DNA of 64,000 bases from Bryobacterales bacterium (GTDB lineage: Bacteria > Acidobacteriota > Terriglobia > Bryobacterales > UBA6623), in assembly GCA_963422375.2 (NCBI GenBank), contig OY729427.2:576001-640000 (forward strand), read 5' to 3'. Below are positions 37,583 to 47,436 of this stretch, in pieces. The notes under the pieces are model-generated. The model was given only the letters and a program-made list of their open reading frames with translations, was not told where the DNA came from and made no database searches. The stretch's first letter is position 1. The number at the start of each line of letters is the position of its first letter. The position numbers and the translations under genes are program-made.

Positions 37583-40030
37583 ATGCCGCAAAGCGGCCTC
37601 CCATTCGGCAGCGAATTCACGCCCCGGACCATTGATCTGCCCGTCCTCATTGAGTTCGCTCATGGGTGCGGACTGGAAAACATTCGAGACCGCTGTGAGA
37701 GATCGTTATTGCTCCGGTCACAGCAGTTTCGAATACAACAAGAGGAAGCTCGCCAGCAACACGAGAGTGGCGATGCGCAGCTACGGGCTCATCCGGCAAG
37801 ATGACACCGTTCTGACAGATACTGGAAACGAACTCTACTCTCTCAGAAATGATGGACCTGCACTCTATGAACGCTTTGCCCAGCATATCTTGCGGAATCT
37901 AAAGGAAATGGAATTCATCAATTGTATTCTTGACATGCAAGTAGAAGGGGAGAGTATCTATCTAGAGAAGTTAAGAAAGTGGCTCGACGAGTGTGGTATT
38001 CACGTCCCTTGAGGAGGCAAGAAACATGAGCACAATACGCATATGGTTGGAACAGTACCGTGTCTTTGATCCAGCCAGATATCGTGTCAAATGTGACCAA
38101 GTCCATGAAATAATAGGAATAGACATTCATGAGGACCAAGGACTTTCTGACCTCACACAATAGCAGAGAGGATTCCTGAAGACCTATGCAAGTTTGGGAC
38201 GTAAGGCCCTTTATAAATCGTCAGATATTGAACGCTTCGCAACAAAAGTTTACCTGATTACCTTACCAACGAACATCAGCCGAGGATATGCTATACGGGA
38301 GGAGGTCGGAAATCTCTGATAGGAAAGGGGATAGCAGCTGAAACGCAATCGCGTGCAATTCCAGAAGGGACTCAGCCAGGGCAAGTTCCTGCAGCGCTAC
38401 GGCAGCGAGGGCCATGCGAGCACGCCGTCTTCAACGCCCGCTGGCCGGACGGCTTCCGCTGCCCGGAGTGCGGCTCCCGCCGGCACTGCCGCATCCGCTC
38501 CCGCAAGCTCCGGCAGTGCAATGCCGCAATGCCTGCCACCGCCGGACCTCCCTCGTCGCCGGCACGATCTTCGCCGCCACCCAGCTGCCGCTGACCGTCT
38601 GGTTGCTGGCGCTCCACCGGCTGACGCAGGGCCAGCACGGCGTTTCGTCGCTGGAACTGGCGCGGCAGCCGGGCGTGAGCCGGAACACGGCTTGGAAGGT
38701 GCAGCACAAGCTCCTGCAAGTGATGAAGGAGCGCGACGAGCGCGTGCCGCCGGGCGGCATCGTGCAGGTGGACGACGCCTGCTGGGGCCTACTGGGGCGG
38801 GGAGCGGACCGGCGGCGGCAAGCGCGGGCGCGGCGCGGCGGGCAAGACGCCGTTCGTCGCCGCCGTGCAGGTCAGCGCCGCCGGCCAGCCGGCAAGGATG
38901 CGCATGAGCAGCGTGGCGGGCTTCCGCAAGAAGACGCTGGCAGCATGGGCCGGGCGGCACTTGCAGCCCGGCACGGAGGTGCATTCCGACGGCTTGGCCT
39001 GCTTGCGGGGCGTGGCCGGCGCCGGCTGCGAGCACGTGCCGACCGTCACCGGAGGCGGGCAGCGGAGCTGCGGGGATTCCCGCTTCGTCCGGGTCAACAC
39101 GATGCCGGCGAACGTCAAGCGGTCCCTGGCGGGAACCTGCCATGCGCTCGACGGCAAGCACCTGCCGCGCTACCTCGCCGAGTTCCGCTACCGCTTCAAC
39201 CGCCGCTACGATCTCGAGGCGCTGGTCCCCCGCCTGCTCCACGCCTCCGTGCGCACCCCGCCCATGCCGTACCGCCTCCTAACCTTGGCTGAGTCTTGTG
39301 GGTAATCAGGAAAGTTTATGGTGTTGAATTTGACGGGAAGAACTTCTCGAATAGTGTGTAATATCCACTAAAGAACGCGAACTATGTTGATCTAAAGCGC
39401 GGGACTAACGTTTCACGAGGAGGAGCGATTCCTTTCTTTGTCACTGCAACAGAATCTCTATATAGGCAGGTCATTCTCCCATTTCTTGATTAGATTGATC
39501 AACTTGCATCCAACGATCTCCTACTATTTCCTCGCAGATCTCTCAATTCCGTTCGAAGTGAACTGGAGTCCAACGATCGGCACATTCGCGTCCTTGCGCT
39601 AGAGGCTCTTGCGTTCAAACTCATGCGACTCATTAATTTGAGATATTTCGCGAAACGTTTGCGCGGCAGCGCAACGGGCGGAGCAGAGGTGGACTTGCTC
39701 TTTGGGAGTGCTTGGCTCGCCTAATCTCGCAGGCAGATTCAATGCAAGAATACGCAGCTCGTGTCTCTTGAAGACGTAGCAAAGGAAGTTGGACTCACCC
39801 GGATTCTCAAAGGAAACGTAGTCGTCATGGTGACCACTGGGTGCATCAGAGAACAAGCCCGAGCGCTTGCAAACAAGGTCATGGCTGACTCAATCCCTTG
39901 CATCGCGATGATCAACGGCAGTGACCTTGCAGAGATCGAGAGCAACCCAGTAGTGATCATTGACGCGCTGAACCGCGAGTCTCGCCAAGCGATTGCACTC
40001 AAGAAACTGGAGGATTGGAATGACTACTCC
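37583..40030 (+). pseudogene. Restriction endonuclease pseudogene (C-terminal Mrr-like PD-(D/E)xK domain) split by IS1595
   Basis: AT-rich; LPFGSEF start; reads through the IS junction as FATKVYGVEF; LALEALA...GGAEVDL...IQCKN...VTTG; several in-frame stops; adjacent to a methyltransferase. Confidence 0.7.
38253..39310 (+). mobile_element. IS1595-family insertion sequence with frameshifted transposase, 1058 bp
   Basis: Perfect IRs CCTGATTACC / GGTAATCAGG; 8-bp TSD AAAGTTTA (38245-38252, 39311-39318); RWPDGFRCPECG Zn ribbon, VQVDD, HSDG, YLAEFRYRFNRR. Confidence 0.93.
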
Positions 40031-41430
40031 AAGTCAAGCTCAGGTCGCTCCGCGCACGTTCCATCAAACCGCGCTTGGACGGATCGTCCTTGGAGACAGC
40101 TTGGAGATATTATCTTCGCCTCGATCCGATTCCGTTAATCTAGTTAGTGCCTGTGACAAAACTCGTATCCCTTTGATAAAAAAGGCGTTAGGTCCAATTT
40201 CTCAAGGCGAAGATTTCACTGGAATGCTACGACTAGTCCGAAATCCTGCCAATTCTGGGTAGAGCGCGGAAATCTTCGCGATTGGCGGCTGAGCAACTTC
40301 CGACCTTGGGCCCTATATGTTGTGCTTGGTTGTGCTTGGAGATCCATCCGACATCAGGATGTAGTATGAAATGCTGATCAGGCCAGAATTCAGGGGTTTT
40401 GTCACAAGCACTAGTTATGACAAGTCCTCCATTCGGACTAGTCAGGAAGAAAGACTATGGCAATGTCGAGGTAGACGAATATGTTGAATGTTTCAAGCCA
40501 TTTGCAAGTGACATCTACCGCATGACATGCGGGAACGGAAGCTTGGTAGTCGATAGAGTAGGTGCTTGGAACAAAGGGTATCCGACTCGCAATCTCTACG
40601 ATTTCAAGCTACTCACAATGCTTTGTGAGGAACTTGGATTTCACTTGACCGAAGATTTATCTTGGTGGAATCCCTCAAGACTTCTCACCCCTTCCGAGTG
40701 GGTCACCGTGCGGATAATTCAAGTAATTGACGCCATCAATCCAGTCTTATGGCTATCGAATATAGCTTGGACAAAGGCAAGAAATCTCCGAGTAATTCCG
40801 CCCTAAGTTCCGAGCATGAGAGACTTGATTTCTAGTCCAAACTACAAGGAAAAAAAGCGCCAATTAGGTCATTATATCAGTGACAATTTCCGGGTTGACA
40901 ATGGCGTTTCCATCCTTCACAACTTTATCTATATATCGAACACCGAGAGCAAAAGTTTCTATTCTAGGTACTATCATAGCAAGGGACTTCGACCGCTATT
41001 TGCACTCATTCCGTCTGATTATCCCGAGTTATTTATTCGACTTCTGACAGATTGTCGTGATATTCTTGTCAATCCATTTGCATGAAGTGGCGTCACCGGC
41101 GAAGTCTGCGAGCGCCTAGGAGGGCAGTGGATTTGCGTGGAGATCGTCGAAGAATACCGCCAGTCTGCTCTCGGACGCTTCTTGCAGGACTCGCGTGACC
41201 AGATACCGCCTCCAGCCAAGCGCGGGAGGTCATCCAGCTACTACAGGGTTTCGCGGCCGGCCGTCCCTTGGGACGAGCCGGCCCGCGAGAGGTTGCAGGA
41301 GAACGGAGGACGGAAACGACTAGTCAAGACGAATTCCGTCAAACCCGCTGCCGTGCGCGGCTCGATTGGCGGGAGCGCCGGCGTGGATCAGCCCGCTGGC
41401 ATGGCGGCGTCGCCGAACGACCCTGAATGA
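40020..41430 (+). pseudogene. Beta-class N4/N6 DNA methyltransferase pseudogene (TSPPF, m4C-like) split by a MITE
   Basis: GDSLEIL..DSVNLV|MTSPPFGL rejoins in frame when the MITE is removed; in-frame stops at 40804-40806 and 41083-41085 (NPFA*SG in place of DPFAGSG). Confidence 0.85.
40147..40411. mobile_element. MITE copy 1 (265 bp)
   Basis: IRs GTGCCTGTGACAAAAC / GTTTTGTCACAAGCAC; flanking duplication TAGTTA; homologous to 54015-54269 in inverse orientation. Confidence 0.88.
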
Positions 41431-41567
41431 GTCCGGCTTTCGGGTCGCGTCGTACCGTACCCGCTTCCCTGCCGCCCGCCTTGGTTCGGGCGCCGGCCTC
41501 CGACCGCGTAATCCTAGACGGGCAAACCCTCCGAGACGGCCTGCGGTCGGTACAATGGTGGCCTGAC

Positions 41568-42446
41568 GTGAGTGTCGCGAAACCGAAGAATCGCAGTCTC
41601 CGGAGCCCAGCGCCCGGACGGATCGCGCGCGCATTCGCTCGAGCGAAGTCGGACGGATCGCGCGCTCTGATCGCTTATTTGACCGCGGGTGACCCGTCCC
41701 CGGACCGAACAGTCGAGCTTGTCAGGGCGCTTGAGCGCGGCGGGACGGACATTCTGGAGCTTGGAGTGCCGTTTTCGGATCCCATTGCCGACGGACCGGT
41801 GATCCAAAGAGCAAGCGGGCGGGCGCTGCAGGCCGGCACAAGCGTTCGGGTAGTGCTGCGCATCGTGAAGGATCTGCGGGCCGCCTCCGATCTTCCGGTA
41901 GTGGTATTCAGCTACCTGAACCCAATCCTCCGCTACGGATTCGAGCGGTTCGCCGACGACGCGGTCGAAGCGGGCGTGGACGGGGCCCTGCTGACCGACC
42001 TGAACATCGAGGAAGCCGGCAGGTACACATCGGAAATGCGCCGACGCGGGCTCGATTGCGTGTTCCTCGTCACACAGAGCACTCCCAGCGAGCGGATCGA
42101 GGAAATCGTCCGCGAGTGCAGCGGCTTCGTGTACGTGGTCTCCCGCGCGGGCGTGACCGGCGTGCGCAGCGGCATCGCGAGCGAGGCGCTTTCCTTGCTG
42201 GAGCGCGCGCGCGGCCGGACGAGTCTTCCGCTGGCCATCGGCTTCGGTCTCTCGAAGCGCGAGCACATGGAACTGGTCGCCCCGTACGCCGAGGGAGCGG
42301 TCGTGGGAAGCGCCTTCATGCGCTTGATTGAGGAGCACTCGGGCTCCTCCGGCCTTGCGGCCCAGCTTGAGTCGCTAGCCCGGGATTTCAAGACAGGCCT
42401 GACACTCCCGCGTTCGGGAGGGGAGGCAGCGAGGCAGCGTCCATGA
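41568..42446 (+). CDS. trpA: Tryptophan synthase alpha chain
   Basis: YLTAGDP, ELGVPFSDPIADGPVIQ, YLNP, SRAGVTG, IGFG, VVGSA; start tentative. Confidence 0.95.
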   Translation: MSVAKPKNRSLRSPAPGRIARAFARAKSDGSRALIAYLTAGDPSPDRTVELVRALERGGTDILELGVPFSDPIADGPVIQRASGRALQAGTSVRVVLRIVKDLRAASDLPVVVFSYLNPILRYGFERFADDAVEAGVDGALLTDLNIEEAGRYTSEMRRRGLDCVFLVTQSTPSERIEEIVRECSGFVYVVSRAGVTGVRSGIASEALSLLERARGRTSLPLAIGFGLSKREHMELVAPYAEGAVVGSAFMRLIEEHSGSSGLAAQLESLARDFKTGLTLPRSGGEAARQRP

Positions 42447-42712
42447 AAGGCCTGAGTGACTGGCGTGCCGAAATCGACCGAGTCGACCAAGAGCTCGTCG
42501 CACTGCTAAACCGCCGGGCCGCGAGCGTGCTAGGGCTCGCGCCGCTCAAGCGCCAGGAGGGCAGGCCGGTTCACGAGCCGCTCCGCGAGCGAAGCGTGGT
42601 CCAGAATATCGTGGCGTCGAATCGAGGGCCCCTGTCCGACGAGGCTCTCGTGCGAATCTATCGTGCAGTGATCGAAGAGATGCGCGCGATGCAGCGAGAG
42701 CGCGGCGACTGA
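42443..42712 (+). CDS. Chorismate mutase (AroQ / CM_2)
   Basis: WRAEIDRVDQELVALLNRRA...K...EPLRE...GPLS; ATGA overlap with trpA. Confidence 0.88.
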   Translation: MKGLSDWRAEIDRVDQELVALLNRRAASVLGLAPLKRQEGRPVHEPLRERSVVQNIVASNRGPLSDEALVRIYRAVIEEMRAMQRERGD

Positions 42713-42719
42713 TCGGCCC

Positions 42720-43658
42720 ATGGGACCCATTGGCACGGTTTCCGTCCTCGGTGTCGGCCTGATCGGCGGCTCCTTCGCCCTTGCCCTGCGCCGAATGGGC
42801 TTTGCCGGCAGAATCCTGGGAGTGAGTTCGGACGCGACGCTGACCCGTGCCCTCGAAGCGGGGGTGATCGACGAGGGGTGCTCGATCAGCGACGCCGTGC
42901 CGCGTTCGGATCTCGTCTACATGTCCCAGCCGGTCCTGCGCATCATCGAGCAGCTGCCGGACGTGCGGCGGCTCGCGCCGGAGCACGCCCTAGTAACGGA
43001 TGCAGGCAGCACTAAGAAGCTGATCTTGGACCGGGCCCGGGAACTCTTTGACGGCGGGCCGGACTTCCTCGGAGGCCACCCGATGGCCGGATCCGAGGGG
43101 CGCGGCGTCGATCATGCCGAAGCGAGGCTGTTCGAGGGAGCGGTCTATGCATTGGTTCCCACGGGCGCATCGCCACCCGAATCGGGAGCGGCGCGGGAGT
43201 TTCTCGGGTGGCTCGGCGCCATGGGATGCCGAACGAAGGTCATCGGAGCCGCCGAACACGACCGCACGGTGGCGTGGACTTCGCACATGGCCCAGCTTGT
43301 CTCGACGGCGCTCGCGGCCGCGATCGGCAGCCGCCTGCGCGCCTCCGGCGGACTGGAAGTGGCTGGCGACGGCCTTCGGGACATGACGAGGCTGGCCGCA
43401 AGCCCTCATGCCGTATGGTCCGAGATCCTGGACACCAACCGGGATCCGATCGACGAGGCGCTGGATTGCTTCGTCCGCGAGGTCGAGGCGCTGCGACGGT
43501 CCATTCGAGAGGACGGCGCCGCGAGCCACTTCGAGCGTGGCAACGCCCTCAGAGCCCGGCTGGAAGCGACAGGCTGGCCCCGGCGGCCCGGCCAGCAGGC
43601 GGAGAATCCTTCGGGCCGGGATTCCGCCGGCGAAGCCCCGACAGCCCCTTTGTCCTAG
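42720..43658 (+). CDS. tyrA: Prephenate/arogenate dehydrogenase
   Basis: GVGLIGGS, TDAGSTK, GGHPMAGSE, EHD..VAWTSH, GLRDMTRLA. Confidence 0.92.
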   Translation: MGPIGTVSVLGVGLIGGSFALALRRMGFAGRILGVSSDATLTRALEAGVIDEGCSISDAVPRSDLVYMSQPVLRIIEQLPDVRRLAPEHALVTDAGSTKKLILDRARELFDGGPDFLGGHPMAGSEGRGVDHAEARLFEGAVYALVPTGASPPESGAAREFLGWLGAMGCRTKVIGAAEHDRTVAWTSHMAQLVSTALAAAIGSRLRASGGLEVAGDGLRDMTRLAASPHAVWSEILDTNRDPIDEALDCFVREVEALRRSIREDGAASHFERGNALRARLEATGWPRRPGQQAENPSGRDSAGEAPTAPLS

Positions 43659-43996
43659 GCCGCGGCCGGCACGGGCAACCTCGGCGCGGTTCTCCAGAGA
43701 CGCTCCAAGTCGTAGTAGAACCGCTTGTCCTTGACGAAGACGTGGACGACGAAGTCGCCGTAATCGAGCAGGACCCACTCGGCCTGGCGGTAGCCTTCCA
43801 CGCTGAAAGGCCGCCGTCCGGCGGACTTGAGTTGCTCCTGCACGGCGTCGGCGATTGCCTGGACTTGGCGGGAGTTCGTGCCGTGGCAGATCACGAACTG
43901 CTCGGTGAATGTGTTGACCTTCCCGATGTCCAGCGCTGTCGGCTCGATGGCCTTGCGATCCACTGCGGCCTTGAAGGCGAGTTCCCAGTCTTCCAT
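43655..43996 (-). CDS. rsfS: Ribosomal silencing factor
   Basis: FVICHGTNSRQVQAIAD, EWVLLDYGDFVVHVF, FYYDLERLW. Confidence 0.95.
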   Translation of the reverse strand: MEDWELAFKAAVDRKAIEPTALDIGKVNTFTEQFVICHGTNSRQVQAIADAVQEQLKSAGRRPFSVEGYRQAEWVLLDYGDFVVHVFVKDKRFYYDLERLWRTAPRLPVPAAA

Positions 43997-44169
43997 GCGG
44001 ATGTGTCGATCGCGGCTAGGGCTTCGGCAGCTGTGCCTCATTCTAGCGAGGCGTCCAAGCTCCGGGGCCCAGCCGCGGGCAGCGACCGGGCCGAGCGATG
44101 TCGCGAGGCTCGGCGTCCCGGATGCCTCCCGCTATCCGGCGCGGACGGCAGCCGCCTAGAATAGTTCTC

Positions 44170-44976
44170 ATGGGGACCCGGTCCTTGCTCGTAGCGCCCG
44201 TGCTTGCGGCGTGCGCGGTCTCGGGCCTGCTCGCCCAGCCGGATCCGGAGATCGAGCGGGTGCGCGACCTCGTCCGAGCCGGTGCTCTTCCGCGCAAGGC
44301 CCTAGCCGAAGCGGAAAGCAGCCAGACGGAGCGCCGCTACCGCGAGATCCTTCGGCGGACGCTGCTGAGCGAGACCCTCGAAGAGTCAGAGATCGACACC
44401 ATGCTCGACGCGGCCAGGGGGCTGGAGAGAGTCGTTCGGCAGCGGTTCGACAGGGTGATGATGCAGGTCGAGGCGGGCGTCGCGCCGGCCAAGCTCCTCG
44501 TGGAAGCGCAGGAGGACTACCGGGCTGCGAAGCGGCAGGCCGAGCTCGCCGAGTCCAGGGCGAACCTAGTGCGCCAGATGGAGCGCATGGTCGCCTCCCA
44601 GACGTACTTGGAGGAATTGGAGGCCGCCGACGAGGTCGAGACGTTCCGCTTCTTCGGATTCGCCGATTACGAGTACGAAGTCCTCACGGAGATTGCGGAC
44701 ATGTACCGGTCCGCGTTCGGGAGCGACCCGCCGGTAAGCGCCGAGGGGGAGACAGACTTCCATCGGTCGATCGGGCTGGACCACACAGGGCGGATCGACG
44801 TGGCGGTGCATCCAGATTCCGACGAAGGGGAGTTCCTGATGTACATGCTCGAGAATCTAGGCATTCCCTACATCGCGTTCCGCACGGCCATTCCGGGCCA
44901 GTCCTCGGGACCTCATATCCACATTGGCCCGCCTAGCGAACGCATCGGGGAGCGGCAATTCGCCGAGATTCCCTGA
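44170..44976 (+). CDS. Secreted hypothetical protein: helical N-domain plus possible Hedgehog/DD-peptidase-type Zn domain
   Basis: Signal peptide; H-x6-D (HTGRIDVA region) and GPHIHIG motifs. Confidence 0.6.
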   Translation: MGTRSLLVAPVLAACAVSGLLAQPDPEIERVRDLVRAGALPRKALAEAESSQTERRYREILRRTLLSETLEESEIDTMLDAARGLERVVRQRFDRVMMQVEAGVAPAKLLVEAQEDYRAAKRQAELAESRANLVRQMERMVASQTYLEELEAADEVETFRFFGFADYEYEVLTEIADMYRSAFGSDPPVSAEGETDFHRSIGLDHTGRIDVAVHPDSDEGEFLMYMLENLGIPYIAFRTAIPGQSSGPHIHIGPPSERIGERQFAEIP

Positions 44977-45191
44977 CCCGCGCCGCCCGGCCCGGCCCCC
45001 AAGTGCCATCCCCGGCCGACGGAAATCGCAAGCGCAGTCCGGCAAGCGGAACCATAGTGTGTCCGCCTCCGCGCCTGCCAAGCCCAGCCGCCGACACCGG
45101 TAAGCTCCACAGGAATTGCAGAGGGAGGGAGCCTCCCCGCATCTGGGCGGCCCGGCGATGACGCGGCGTGCCTGGTTGCCACGGGAGACGC

Positions 45192-45206
45192 GGGGGGGGG
45201 GGGGGG
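45192..45206. repeat. G15 homopolymer
   Basis: Read directly; intergenic between convergent genes. Confidence 0.9.
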
Positions 45207-45216
45207 CTCGCCGGTC

Positions 45217-45726
45217 TCAATCACGCGGGCCGCGACGACCATGTCGCTCCGGCTCACGTCGGGGCTGTCCGCGGTGTCTCCATCCTGGAGCGCCGCGAGG
45301 GCCTCTTTGACCCCCACGGCCGAACCAAGGCGGCCGCCCGCCTCGGCGGTCTGCCCCCCAAGACGGCCAGTAGGGCCTGACGCGCTCCGTCAGTCCCAGC
45401 GCGGCAGCTCCGGCCAGCGCGCTCATCTTGAGGCTAGCCTCCTCGAGCTCATCCACCTTCGCCTTCTGCTCGTCGGTCAGAACCTCTTGAATTCGCTCGT
45501 TCTGCTCTTGGGACCACTCGCGGCGCTCCTCCCGGCTCTGGTCTCGCGGGGGGCGCTCGCGACGGATCTCGCGAATCCGGTCAACCTGCTCGCTGCCGAG
45601 GCCGAGAGCCTCGACGGCCGCGCTGACCGGATTCCCGCGGCCCTGCGGGCCGCGCTGGGCGAGTGCCGCGGCGCTGATCCCGAGGAACGCGCACGCGACG
45701 GCGACCGCTCGCTTGACATGGATCAT
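45217..45726 (-). CDS. Spy/CpxP (LTXXQ)-like periplasmic protein
   Basis: Signal peptide; LGLGSEQ and VLTDEQKAK motifs; Gly/Arg-rich tail. Confidence 0.6.
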   Translation of the reverse strand: MIHVKRAVAVACAFLGISAAALAQRGPQGRGNPVSAAVEALGLGSEQVDRIREIRRERPPRDQSREERREWSQEQNERIQEVLTDEQKAKVDELEEASLKMSALAGAAALGLTERVRPYWPSWGADRRGGRPPWFGRGGQRGPRGAPGWRHRGQPRREPERHGRRGPRD

Positions 45727-45871
45727 GGTGTCCTCCGTTCTTCCTGTCCATCCGCGAGCCCCGCGCTCGCCGCTGTCCTGCCTGCGGCGGCCCGACTCGC
45801 ATGCTCTGTTAGACGGAAGGAACCGAGAAAAGGTGTTGCCCTACGCCGGCAGCGAGGCCCCGGCGGTCCGG

Positions 45872-46843
45872 TCACCGGCTGGTCTTGGAGCGTCCGATGA
45901 CTTCCCGAGCTCCGAAGATGGGCCGGCCCTGACTCTCGAAGTAGGTCCGCATCAACACCTCCCCGAGCAGACCGGTGCAGAGCAGCTGGAGACCCGTCAC
46001 TGCCAGCAGCGAGCCGGCGACCAGCAGCGGACCGTGCTCGACCATGATGTGGATGCCCTGCACTTTCCTTGCAGCGAGGTACGCCAGAATCAGGCCTCCC
46101 GACCCTCCGCACAGCAGTCCGAGAGAACCGAAGAGGTGCATGGGGCGGGTGAGGTAGCGTGCGAGAAACACCACGGTGAGAAGGTCGAAGAAGACCCCGA
46201 GAGTCCGGCTCAGCCCGTAGTGGGACCGACCGGACGACCGCTCGAAGTTCCTGATCGGCACCTCGGCGATTCGGGCGCCGTGCAGGGCCGCCAGCACCGG
46301 GATGAATCGGTGCAAGTCCCCGTACAGGCGCAGCTGCCCGAGCAGCTCGGAACGGTAAGCCTTGAACGTTCCGCCGAAGTCGCGCAGCTCCACCCCGGAG
46401 GCCTTGCGAATCAGCCAATTGGCGATCCTCGAAGGCAGCCGCCGGGTCAGCAGGCCGTCAACCCTACGCTCCCGCCAGCCATTGGCTAGGTCGTACCCCT
46501 CGTCGATCTTCGCCAGCAAGGCCGGGATATCTTCCGGAGCGTGCTGCAGGTCGCCGTCCATGGCGACGACGGTCTCGCCCGCGGCAGACTCAAACCCGGC
46601 CGCGAGCGCGGCCGTCTGGCCGGAGTTCCTCCGCAGAGCGACCGCCTTGAGACGGGGGTCGCTGGCCGACAAATTGCGCAGCAGCCCGAGACTGTCGTCG
46701 GTCGAGGCGTCGTCGACGACCACGATCTCGAACGGCCGGCCGACTCCTTCGAGCGTGGCCACGAGACGGTCGAACAGCGGCAGGAGGCTCGCACCTTCGT
46801 TATGCGCCGGGATGACAACCGAGATCTCGGGCCGACTGTCCAT
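45872..46843 (-). CDS. Glycosyltransferase family 2 (ArnC / DPM-synthase-like)
   Basis: SVVIPAHNE, VDDASTD, RNSGQTAAL, MDGDLQH, two C-terminal TMs. Confidence 0.92.
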   Translation of the reverse strand: MDSRPEISVVIPAHNEGASLLPLFDRLVATLEGVGRPFEIVVVDDASTDDSLGLLRNLSASDPRLKAVALRRNSGQTAALAAGFESAAGETVVAMDGDLQHAPEDIPALLAKIDEGYDLANGWRERRVDGLLTRRLPSRIANWLIRKASGVELRDFGGTFKAYRSELLGQLRLYGDLHRFIPVLAALHGARIAEVPIRNFERSSGRSHYGLSRTLGVFFDLLTVVFLARYLTRPMHLFGSLGLLCGGSGGLILAYLAARKVQGIHIMVEHGPLLVAGSLLAVTGLQLLCTGLLGEVLMRTYFESQGRPIFGAREVIGRSKTSR

Positions 46844-46849
46844 CGGGCC

Positions 46850-47416
46850 TCAGCGTAGCAACCCGGCAACTTCGTCCAGCGGCAGACCGACCACGTTGCT
46901 GTACGAACCTTCGACCGATTCCACGAACGCCGCCGCGCCTGCTTGAATCGCGTAGGAACCGGCCTTGTCGAGCGGCTCGCCGCTGGCGACGTACGCTCGG
47001 ATCTCGACCTCGCGCAGCTCCCGGAAGCGCACGCGAGTCTCCACGTAGAGCGTCGCGCAGGCGCCGCCGTCGAACACCGCTACACCCGTCAGCACCCTAT
47101 GGCTCCGTCCCGAGAGGCTCCGGAGCATGCGCCGGGCGTCCCGCTCGTCGCGCGGCTTGCCGAGCACCTCGCGCCCGGTCACGACTGCCGTGTCGGCTCC
47201 CAATGCACGGAAGCCGGGCCTCCAGGCGGCTCGAGCCTTCTCTTCGGCGAGCCGCACGACGTAGCCTTCGGGGGACTCCCCTTCCAGCGGCGATTCGTCG
47301 ATGTCGGCGGGCCTCTGGTCGAACGCGATTCCCGCGGACGCCAGCAGCCGGGCCCGGCGCGGCGACGCCGACGCAAGGATCAGACGGACGCCTCTGGGCG
47401 CAGGGGTCTGCGGCAT
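46850..47416 (-). CDS. maf: Maf nucleotide pyrophosphatase
   Basis: [40 protein letters not shown]. Confidence 0.93.
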   Translation of the reverse strand: MPQTPAPRGVRLILASASPRRARLLASAGIAFDQRPADIDESPLEGESPEGYVVRLAEEKARAAWRPGFRALGADTAVVTGREVLGKPRDERDARRMLRSLSGRSHRVLTGVAVFDGGACATLYVETRVRFRELREVEIRAYVASGEPLDKAGSYAIQAGAAAFVESVEGSYSNVVGLPLDEVAGLLR

Positions 47417-47436
47417 CGCCCGGGGCGGTCGGCCCG

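Noticed and set aside
38010..41085. TGA codons in the R-M genes as recoding
   Set aside because: The same genes also contain TAA/TAG stops and insertions; the TGA at 41083 replaces a conserved Gly
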